Source of the DNA: Patiriisocius sp.
Lineage (GTDB): Bacteria; Patescibacteriota; Minisyncoccia; Phycocordibacterales; UBA918
DNA: 47,243 nt
NCBI GenBank assembly: GCA_047624725.1
Contig: JBLHQB010000003.1
Location: forward strand, 1-47,243
Reading direction: 5' to 3'
A program made the translations under genes and the position numbers. Each line of letters starts with the position of its first letter. The first letter of the stretch is position 1. The notes beneath the pieces were generated by a model, which did no database searches, had not been told where the DNA came from, and saw nothing but the letters and a program-made list of their open reading frames with translations. Of this stretch, positions 8,995-16,295 are shown in pieces.

Positions 8995-9510
8995 ATGAAA
9001 GATACTCTAAACAATATTGCGTATATTGATGGTCAAAATCTGCACCTCGGTACAACAAACCGTGACCCAAAGTGGAAGGTTGATTTAGCTCGCTTTCGTG
9101 TATACCTAGAGAAGAAATATCACGTTACTAAAGCATATTACTATCTAGGGTATGTGCAGGATGGAACTACTTACGAAAAGTTGTATGAAGAAATACAAGA
9201 AGCAGGTTTTATCCTTGTGTTCCGTGAACATAACTCTGCGATGAAAGGAACAAAGAAGGGGAATGTTGACTCTGACATTATCTTCTCGATTATGGAACGT
9301 ATGTATAAGAAAGAAGAGTTTAATAATGTCGTTCTTGTTTCGGGTGATGGTGATTATAAAAAGTTAGTTGATTTTTTGATTGCAGAGGATAGGTTGGAAA
9401 AAGTTTTATTTCCAAAGCAACGATATGCTTCATCTTTATACAACAGTATTGGTGAATGGTATCGAGCTGATTTGTCAGAACCAGATACTCGAAAGAAAAT
9501 AGGAAAATGA
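8995..9510 (+). CDS. NYN domain (LabA/PIN-like) ribonuclease
   Basis: AYIDGQNL, KGNVDSDII, VLVSGDGDY: conserved acidic NYN motifs. Confidence 0.92.
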   Translation: MKDTLNNIAYIDGQNLHLGTTNRDPKWKVDLARFRVYLEKKYHVTKAYYYLGYVQDGTTYEKLYEEIQEAGFILVFREHNSAMKGTKKGNVDSDIIFSIMERMYKKEEFNNVVLVSGDGDYKKLVDFLIAEDRLEKVLFPKQRYASSLYNSIGEWYRADLSEPDTRKKIGK

Positions 9511-9558
9511 AAAAGGGGCCTTAGGTAATTAGCCGTTCGGTCCCCTTTCTCTCGTGAT
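9510..9558 (-). ncRNA. candidate ~50-nt small RNA convergent on the NYN gene
   Basis: minus-strand promoter (9592-9565) followed by AUCACGAGAGAAAGGGGACC...GGCCCCUUUUU hairpin/terminator; no ORF. Confidence 0.45.
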
Positions 9559-9564
9559 GTTTAT

Positions 9565-9592
9565 ATAATAACGTAGCTAGGTTTTCTGTCAA
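9565..9592 (-). promoter_or_regulatory. sigma70-type promoter pointing toward the NYN 3' end
   Basis: revcomp TTGACA-16 nt-TATTAT. Confidence 0.55.
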
Positions 9593-9620
9593 GGGTTCTG
9601 GAGAATGATGTCAGGTACCA

Positions 9621-9989
9621 TTAATTTAGTAAGGAGATACTTTAGCCTGCTGGCGGTCACAGGTTACTAAGTATAATTCTTCACTTCGAAATGGGGTCAG
9701 CCACCATTAATCTAGTTAGGTAGTACTCTAATCCTGCTGCGGTCACGAGTTACTAAGTGTTCTCACTAGCTTCGCTGGTTGTGAGCACTAAGTACTCTCG
9801 ACCCCGGCTCGTCTGACGTGCTCGTAAACTCCGCGCGACATGACTCCGCCTCCCGTCAGAGCAGTAAGTGCCTCAAGGCACTTACTGAAAATAAGACACC
9901 TGATACGAAAGTATCAGGTGTCTTATTTTTGCTCTGGCGGGCAAGAAACATGGCTTTCAGAACTGTATAGGGAGAGGGAGTATATCAAG
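9621..9989. repeat. structured tRNA-flank repeat unit 2
   Basis: two copies of TTAAT(T/C)TAGT.AGG...GCGGTCAC..GTTACTAAG; 9851-9942 matches 10600-10691; 53-bp arm 9937-9989. Confidence 0.85.
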
Positions 9990-10071
9990 AGTAGTATTCA
10001 GGTGTTGCAGGAGTTTGTTCTGTAAAAAAAGCCGCCCCAGATTGGAACGGCTTTTGATCAGTAGTCACACC

Positions 10072-10245
10072 TTATCCATGAATGGATATTGACATACTGA
10101 TTGAAATCAAGCAAAGCGCAGGGATGGGGCTAAAGATAAGTGCAGTTTTGCACGCTTTAGCTTTTCCAAAATCTTCCTTCCTGATTTCGTAGATACCCAA
10201 ACCGAGCAACACGCTTGGCGCAAGTGTGAACAATAGAAAGTCCAT
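10072..10245 (-). CDS. 57-aa small membrane protein (not in ORF track)
   Basis: MDFLLFTLAPSVLLGLGIYEIRKEDFGKAKACKTALIFSPIPALCLISISMSISIHG; TAAGGAG SD, consensus promoter upstream, hairpin terminator 10024-10056. Confidence 0.7.
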   Translation of the reverse strand: MDFLLFTLAPSVLLGLGIYEIRKEDFGKAKACKTALIFSPIPALCLISISMSISIHG

Positions 10246-10274
10246 ATTTGGTACTCCTTAAATAAACCAACGTC

Positions 10275-10303
10275 ATTATAGCATGTAAAAGCCAGTATGT
10301 CAA
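10275..10303 (-). promoter_or_regulatory. consensus sigma70 promoter for the 57-aa ORF
   Basis: revcomp TTGACA-tactggcttttacatgc (17 nt)-TATAAT, perfect consensus. Confidence 0.8.
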
Positions 10304-10369
10304 TTTTTAGTTCAAATTATAACTTCGGTTATATGAATAAACACAGCAAAAGATGGATATTTTCTGAAA

Positions 10370-10691
10370 GCGGTCACGAATCACTAAGTATATCCCTTCG
10401 CTCCGCTCAGAATCTACTAAGTGTTCTCGACCCCGACTCAGCTATCGTACTCGCTTACGCTGCGTGCGATATGCTTCCGTCTCCCGCTGCGGTCACGAGT
10501 TACTAACTATTTTATTTCACTACGTTCATAAACTAGTAAGTACTCTCGACCCCGACTCGCTGTTCGTCGCCTAGGAAGGGCTCCTCACAACGCTCCGTCT
10601 CCCGCCAGAGCCGTAAGTGCCTCAAGGCACTTACTAAAAAGAAGACACCTGATACTTTTGTATCAGGTGTCTTCTTTTTGCTCTGGCGGGC
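10370..10691. repeat. structured tRNA-flank repeat unit 3, directly downstream of tRNA-Trp
   Basis: two GCGGTCACGA..ACTAA[hairpin]AAGT..TCTCGACCCCGACTC modules, AAGTGCCTCAAGGCACTT hairpin, long hairpin closed by CCCGCCAGAG/CTCTGGCGGG. Confidence 0.85.
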
Positions 10692-10757
10692 CCACGTGGA
10701 CTCGAACCACGGCCGCTGGTTTTGGAAACCAGAATTCTACCACTAAACTATAGGCCC
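10684..10757 (-). tRNA. tRNA-Trp (CCA), CCA end encoded
   Basis: revcomp GGGCCTA-TA-GTTTAGTGGTAGAAT-T-CTGGT TTCCAAA ACCAG-CGGC-CGTGG TTCGAGT CCACG-TGGGCCC-GCCA. Confidence 0.95.
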
Positions 10758-10982
10758 TTAAAATCTCTGGGAGAGATTTAAAGCATAGTGCAAAACGCAC
10801 TTCACTTTTCATCCAGCTCCTCTGCAGATCAGTGTCCGGGGGATTGTTTAAGCATAGTGCAATACTCTGCTCAACAATCACCTGTATCGGATACCAGACC
10901 TGCTTTCGCATACGTCTGGGTGAGAAATTACTCCCATCTCCAATATCGGATCGCTACATAGTAGTCGAAGCTACGCGATAGG

Positions 10983-11876
10983 TCAATTGTTCAAGAAGGA
11001 TTGTACTGTGGCGTTGATTTCTTCGGTCTGGTCTTTGGTGAACCACTGGACTGACTTATCTTTCTTTAGCCAGGCGATCTGCTTCTTTGCGTACTGCCAG
11101 TTTTTCTCGATGAACTTTTGAAGGAACTCTTCTTGGGTGATGGTCTGGTCGTATAGCTCTAATCCTAAGATGTATTCGAAGCCGATTTCGTGTAGGCGTT
11201 CTCGGGTGAGACCTGAGTCTAGGAGGTTTTTGATTTCCCCCATGTAGCCCATCTCAAGCCACGCCTCTGCGCGTTGTTTGAATCGGACTCGCAATGCTTC
11301 TTTTTCGGTGATGATTCCGATAGTCAGGACGTCGTATGGTTCGTTAGTTGGGATTACAGGCACACTTCCTATGCAAGCGATTATCTCTATTGCACGGATG
11401 AGTCGTCGTCGGTTTTGTGGATCGACTTCAGCAGCTCGGCGGGGGTCGTGTTCGCGCAGTTCGTTGTAGAGCTCTTCGGTGGTGTTTTCTTCTAGCTTTG
11501 CACGCAAGGCGGGGTTGGGGGCTACTGGGGGCGCGGTAATGCGACCGAGGAGTGTATCTACATAGAAAAAGGTTCCTCCGGCGATGATGGGGAGGCTGTT
11601 GCGTGCAAGGATACCTTCAAGAGCGTCTGTCGCGTCGTTCTTGAAGTTGTCAGCGTTGTATATAGCGGTTGGGTCAACCATGTCCAAGAGATGGTGGGGG
11701 ATGCCTTGCATTTCTTCTGTGGTGACCTTGCCACTACCGATATCGAGTTGTTTGTATACTTGTCGTGAGTCAGCGGAAATAACCTCGCCGGAGAATTGCT
11801 TTGCGAGTTTAATGGAGAGTGATGTTTTACCTGAGGCTGTGGGGCCTGCGATGGTGAGGATTTTGGGTTTTTGCAT
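10983..11876 (-). CDS. miaA: tRNA dimethylallyltransferase
   Basis: GPTASGKT, ISADSRQVY, DIGSGK, PHHLLD, AGGTFFY, YAKKQ; likely start ATG 11876 (MQKPK). Confidence 0.95.
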   Translation of the reverse strand: MQKPKILTIAGPTASGKTSLSIKLAKQFSGEVISADSRQVYKQLDIGSGKVTTEEMQGIPHHLLDMVDPTAIYNADNFKNDATDALEGILARNSLPIIAGGTFFYVDTLLGRITAPPVAPNPALRAKLEENTTEELYNELREHDPRRAAEVDPQNRRRLIRAIEIIACIGSVPVIPTNEPYDVLTIGIITEKEALRVRFKQRAEAWLEMGYMGEIKNLLDSGLTRERLHEIGFEYILGLELYDQTITQEEFLQKFIEKNWQYAKKQIAWLKKDKSVQWFTKDQTEEINATVQSFLNN

Positions 11877-11924
11877 TAAGGGGAGTGTAGCATTTGGGAG
11901 GGGAGGGCTCAATGGGAGGGACTT

Positions 11925-12204
11925 GGTCAGGAGTCGGTTATTTTTATATTCCCTTTGGTCATTAAAAATATACCGCTCACGACCCTGGCTCGTCTGTTGC
12001 CAAGGCAACATGACTGCGCCTTTCAAGTCCCTCGCGAAAGTGCCTCAAGGCACTTTCTCTCCTGCACAAATGAAAAGACTCCCACGGGGGAGTCTTTTCA
12101 TTTGTGCAGGAGGAGGGACTTGAACATTACATGTTCTGTACAGGTTGTCACCATTTTCTGAGGAAAATGCTAGGCAACCTTTTCGATCCCCTCCCAAGGT
12201 GCAG
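11925..12204. repeat. structured repeats downstream of tRNA-Leu (two families)
   Basis: 11925-12125 shares GGTCA.GAGT..CTC.CGACCC.GGCTCGTCTG..ACATGACT.CGCC and AAGTGCCTCAAGGCACTT with unit 2; 12139-12190 matches revcomp of 28150-28200; 12182-12204 is an inverted copy of the tRNA-Leu 3' end. Confidence 0.8.
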
Positions 12205-12255
12205 CTAATACTCAATTAAAAGCTCCACGTATTCGCTCTTACTTTCGTTTATCTG

Positions 12256-12337
12256 TGCCTCGGGAGGGAATCGAACCCTCACCCCTTACGGAACACGATT
12301 TTGAGTCGTGCGCGTCTACCAATTCCGCCACCGAGGC
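12256..12337 (-). tRNA. tRNA-Leu (CAA)
   Basis: revcomp GCCTCGG-TG-GCGGAATTGGTAGACGC-G-CACGA CTCAAAA TCGTG-variable arm-GAGGG TTCGATT CCCTC-CCGAGGC-A. Confidence 0.95.
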
Positions 12338-12466
12338 ATCTCTGTGTCCAAGAGTGTACCAGATTATTGCGAAGTTATAAACAGGGGGCCTGCGTATTGG
12401 GTATGGTAAAATAATTGAAACGAGTCCAGTTTTGGAAGTAAAAGCTCGCTTTTTTGTATTGTACTT

Positions 12467-14044
12467 ATGGCATTTCAAGGTGATTCTATTTTCTGGGTGG
12501 AGGTAGGGAAGGTTGTTCCTAATCCATTCCAACCACGTCGTGAATTTAACGAGGATAAACTCAAGGAGTTGTCTGAGTCTGTTCGTATGTACGGTATCCT
12601 GCAACCGCTTACGGTGACCCGTAAGGAGATTCAGCGTGCTGATGGTGCATTCTATACTGAATACGAACTCATTGCAGGAGAGCGACGTTTACGGGCTTCT
12701 AAGCTGGCAGGACTGGAGCAGGTGCCGGTGATTATCCGTTCTGGAGAAGATACTGATCAAGAGAAGCTTGAGTTGGCAATTATTGAAAACTTGCAGCGTG
12801 AAGATCTTAATGCTGTTGACCGTGCCATAGCGTTCAAGCAACTTGCTGAGGTGTTCACACTCTCTCATGCACAAGTGGCTAAGAAGGTGGGGCGATCACG
12901 AGAGTACGTTTCTAATAGTATTCGACTACTAGGGCTTCCTGAGTGCATGCTTAACTCGCTGAAGCTTGGAGATATTTCTGAGGGGCACGCACGAACGCTT
13001 TTGATGCTTAAAGAGCGTCCTGAAGAGCAAGACGTGGTGTATCGTGAGATTCTGCTTAAGAAACTATCTGTTCGTGAGGTTGAGCGTATTGCACGAAAGA
13101 TCGCTACTGACAAAGTACGGAAGAAGAAGTGGAGTGATACTGATGCGCATCTGATTGCTATTGAAAAAGAATTTACTACTACACTTGGAACTCGCGTACA
13201 GATCTCTAAGACAGACTTTGGCGGAAAACTAACGATCGATTATTTCTCAGATGAGGATCTTCAGAAGCTACTCCAGCTGATGAAGTCTGAAGAAGAGGAG
13301 AAGAAAAATGACGAAACTGAAGAAGGGGAGGAGTCAGGAACGGTGATTACTGAGATGTCCTCTGAGGCTTCTATCATGGCAAAGATCAGTGCAGCAACGC
13401 CATTGGCGGTTGTGCCAGAGGTAATAGAGCAGACACAGGAACCAGTAATCGAAGTGCCAGCCGGTATTGAACAGCTACAGGAGCTTGTAGATACTGAGGC
13501 AGTTGGGTACGTAGCGCCGGATAGTCCGATTATTGCAGATGAGGTGATCCTTGATGTAGTAGAAGACGTAGCACTCAATGAAGATCTAGAAGGTGGTGAT
13601 GGGGTTATTGATTCTCCTGCAGAAACGCTTGCAGCAATTGCGCAGCAAGCACCAGAGTCTCCAATTACCGAAGAGCGTGAAGAATTATCTTCAGCGTTGG
13701 ATACTGCAATGGCTGATCCTATTGCAAGTGTTGCACAAAGTCTTACCTCTGAAGTTCCTGAGGTAACTCCGGTAGTGGAAGTTGCATCGTCACCAGAGCC
13801 AGAACAGGCGCAAGCTCCAGAGCCTATGCGATCACCCGTTGACTTGGGAAGTGATGAGTTTTCATTTGTCCGTGAACACGGTGAACAGGCACGAGAAAAG
13901 GATCTAGTAATGCCGTACCAGAGCCAGCAATCAGAACCTGTCGTTGAGACTACAGCTCCATCAGAAATGACTGAAACTCCCGTGAAGGAGGAGGAAGAAA
14001 GTGAAGATGAAGATTTGTACTCTATGAAGAACTTCTCTCTGTAG
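12467..14044 (+). CDS. parB: ParB/Spo0J partition protein with long acidic C-terminal extension
   Basis: PNPFQPRR, GILQPL, ELIAGERRLRA, IIENLQREDLN, HTH VAKKVGRSREYVSN. Confidence 0.92.
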   Translation: MAFQGDSIFWVEVGKVVPNPFQPRREFNEDKLKELSESVRMYGILQPLTVTRKEIQRADGAFYTEYELIAGERRLRASKLAGLEQVPVIIRSGEDTDQEKLELAIIENLQREDLNAVDRAIAFKQLAEVFTLSHAQVAKKVGRSREYVSNSIRLLGLPECMLNSLKLGDISEGHARTLLMLKERPEEQDVVYREILLKKLSVREVERIARKIATDKVRKKKWSDTDAHLIAIEKEFTTTLGTRVQISKTDFGGKLTIDYFSDEDLQKLLQLMKSEEEEKKNDETEEGEESGTVITEMSSEASIMAKISAATPLAVVPEVIEQTQEPVIEVPAGIEQLQELVDTEAVGYVAPDSPIIADEVILDVVEDVALNEDLEGGDGVIDSPAETLAAIAQQAPESPITEEREELSSALDTAMADPIASVAQSLTSEVPEVTPVVEVASSPEPEQAQAPEPMRSPVDLGSDEFSFVREHGEQAREKDLVMPYQSQQSEPVVETTAPSEMTETPVKEEEESEDEDLYSMKNFSL

Positions 14045-14055
14045 AAGGTGTGATT

Positions 14056-14091
14056 AAAAAGAACGCGACCCGAATGGGTCGCGTTCTTTTT
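14056..14091. terminator. bidirectional intrinsic terminator between convergent parB and rel
   Basis: AAAAAGAACGCGACCC-GAAT-GGGTCGCGTTCTTTTT. Confidence 0.85.
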
Positions 14092-14094
14092 ATG

Positions 14095-15642
14095 TTAGTG
14101 CTCCATCTCAGCAAGTGCAGATTTTATTCGGCGCTTAGCAACTGATGTCTGTGCCATTTGTACCCATTTTGGTGTCGGGTGGGCGTTCTTCTTTGTCTCG
14201 ATCTCTACAATGTCACCATTTCGTAGTCCTTTGTCTAGTTGTACGAGCTTGTTGTTTACCTTCACACCTGCAATATGATTTCCCACCTCTGAGTGGATTG
14301 CGTAGGCAAAATCAATAGGGGTCGCACCAGAAGGAAGGTCAACCACGTCTCCGTTTGGGGTAAACACGAAGATTCGGTTACTAAAGAAGTCAGTACGCAT
14401 GTCGTCGACGAACTCTTGCCCTGATGCTTTTTCGTGTGTGTACATTTCACCGATCTGATGGATCCAGTTTGGAATTTTTTGCTTGGGAGAAATATTCTTG
14501 CTCGCATCAAGGTCTTCGTGTTCTACATTGTTTCTCCATGCGAACGGACGGAAGAGGGTAGGGACGAGGTTTGAAAACCATGCAGCCGTAGTCTTCTCTT
14601 TATTGCCGTCAGTTTCAGCCTTGTAGATAAGGTGTGCAGCGATACCGTATTCAGCCTCATGATGCATTTTCTGCGTACGTATCTGAATTTCAAGAATAGT
14701 CCCGGCTTTGGTAATTGCAGTGGTGTGGATTGATTGGTACCCATTTGGCTTTGGAAGGTTGATGTAGTCCTTTACCCGCTTCGGCAACGGACGCCATACA
14801 GTATGCACAATTCCCATTGCCCGATAACAGTCCTCAACACTATCAACGACAATACGCATTGCCAGAAGGTCATATACATTATCGATGTCCCATTCTTTGC
14901 GCTTGAGCTTGTGGTACAAGCTGTATAAACCTTTTACACGATACGATGTTTTGAAGTCCATTAATCCTGAGTCAGCAAGTTTCTTTTGAAGAATCTTTCG
15001 TTCTTTCTCCAGAAGTGTCTGAGATTTACCAACGCGTCGTTCAAGCACGTCACATACTCGTTTATGTTCCTTAGGGAGTACGTAGGGAAACGCAAGGTCT
15101 TCAAGTTCCTTACGGATAAGTCCCATCCCGAGACGGTGGGCAACAGGCACATAGATCTCAAGAGTCTCTGTAGCAATACGTAGTTGTTTCTCGGCAGGCA
15201 CGTGTTCGAGTGTCTGCATGTTATGCAGACGGTCTACGAGTTTCACAATCAGTACACGAATATCCTGACTTGTTGCTACAAACAGTTTACGCAGACTCTC
15301 GTTATGGCGGTCAGTCCCGTAGTACCGCACTGAACTTAGCTTGGTCACTCCTTCTACCAAGAACAAAATTTCTTCACCAAACTCACGCCTGATATCTTCA
15401 GAGGTAACCTCAGTATCTTCAATAGTGTCATGCAAGAGCCCTGACGCGATTGTATTTGGCCCCATACCCATTTCTGCCAGGTTCCGGCCCACAGCAGCCA
15501 CATGGCTCATATATGGCTCACCAGAGTATCGTTTGTGTCCCTCATGGGCCTTCTGTGCATACTCGTATGCCTTCTCAATAAGACGCCGATCAGCATCAGT
15601 AGGTTTGTTGAGATTTGCAATGATAGATTTTGCAGTAGTCAT
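14095..15642 (-). CDS. rel: RelA/SpoT (p)ppGpp synthetase/hydrolase (HD + SYNTH + TGS, no ACT)
   Basis: AHEGHKRYSGEPY, LLHDTIEDT, DRLHNM, DLLAMRI, KDYI..PKPNGYQSIHT, EIQIRT, TGS VFTPNG..TPIDFAYAIHS. Confidence 0.93.
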   Translation of the reverse strand: MTTAKSIIANLNKPTDADRRLIEKAYEYAQKAHEGHKRYSGEPYMSHVAAVGRNLAEMGMGPNTIASGLLHDTIEDTEVTSEDIRREFGEEILFLVEGVTKLSSVRYYGTDRHNESLRKLFVATSQDIRVLIVKLVDRLHNMQTLEHVPAEKQLRIATETLEIYVPVAHRLGMGLIRKELEDLAFPYVLPKEHKRVCDVLERRVGKSQTLLEKERKILQKKLADSGLMDFKTSYRVKGLYSLYHKLKRKEWDIDNVYDLLAMRIVVDSVEDCYRAMGIVHTVWRPLPKRVKDYINLPKPNGYQSIHTTAITKAGTILEIQIRTQKMHHEAEYGIAAHLIYKAETDGNKEKTTAAWFSNLVPTLFRPFAWRNNVEHEDLDASKNISPKQKIPNWIHQIGEMYTHEKASGQEFVDDMRTDFFSNRIFVFTPNGDVVDLPSGATPIDFAYAIHSEVGNHIAGVKVNNKLVQLDKGLRNGDIVEIETKKNAHPTPKWVQMAQTSVAKRRIKSALAEMEH

Positions 15643-15799
15643 TGCTTGATTTTACGCGTTTGTATGCGATGTGCAAGATTTTTGAGTTTACAGCAGAGAT
15701 AAAATTGACATAAATTTATTATGTAGTATAAATATGTTGTCAACAGCAGGTTGGCTAAAAAACCGTGCCTAAGGCACAGGCAACGAAAGTGATAAAAAA

Positions 15800-16120
15800 A
15801 TGAAAAAATTTACATACAATCTTCCCAATGGCTGGGAAACAATGACTGTAAAAATCGGGGGCAAAAAAGTTCTTCGTTACGGGCGCATGAAACAACGTGG
15901 CTATGAACATAATGCAGAAAATGCACCGCTGCGTGCAGATGGAGCTTTGTATGACCGCAACAATCTGCTTCTGCAAATCAAACCCCAGGGTACTGCTCAG
16001 CAAGCGTCGCTCGGGAAAAAGTCTAAGACCATGTTGCAAAAAAGTTTGAATCAACGAGTTGCCGACCTGCGGGGCACGTTGGATCCACGGCCGGGATTTG
16101 GGCTGCACGCAGATATTTAA
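15800..16120 (+). CDS. small basic hypothetical protein
   Basis: 106 aa; upstream TTGACA(15705)-16-TATAAA; hairpin terminator about 16189-16217. Confidence 0.5.
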   Translation: MKKFTYNLPNGWETMTVKIGGKKVLRYGRMKQRGYEHNAENAPLRADGALYDRNNLLLQIKPQGTAQQASLGKKSKTMLQKSLNQRVADLRGTLDPRPGFGLHADI

Positions 16121-16295
16121 TTTGCAAAATTAAACACAGAAAGAGCTCGCATATTTTGCGGGCTCTCATTTTATATAACGACCAATAAAAAACTGATGCC
16201 AATTGCATCAGTTTTTTAGTTACCCGTCCAGCGATCTTCTCAAGGGTGAGAAAAAATCGGGACATACATTCTGAATAGTCGCTACGCTCCTTTCA

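Noticed and set aside
8618-10691. CRISPR array interpretation of the repeats
   Set aside because: Repeats are long, degenerate and irregularly spaced with genes between them; no constant repeat-spacer period and no cas genes in the window.
8618-10691. Classical integron attC array
   Set aside because: No IntI tyrosine recombinase in the window, and I could not place consistent RYYYAAC/GTTRRRY boxes; junctions coincide with tRNA ends instead.
8787-10911. ORFs 8787-9014, 9840-10025, 10297-10506 and 10663-10911
   Set aside because: They run through hairpin repeats or the tRNA-Trp gene and have no protein-like motifs; treated as spurious.
11877-12026. N-terminal 50-aa extension of MiaA
   Set aside because: It overlaps the structured repeat; ATG 11876 sits just before the P-loop and has a -10 element 7 nt upstream.
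12023-12125. Additional tRNA gene
   Set aside because: Only a T-arm/acceptor-like fragment and its inverted copy are present; no D arm or anticodon arm.
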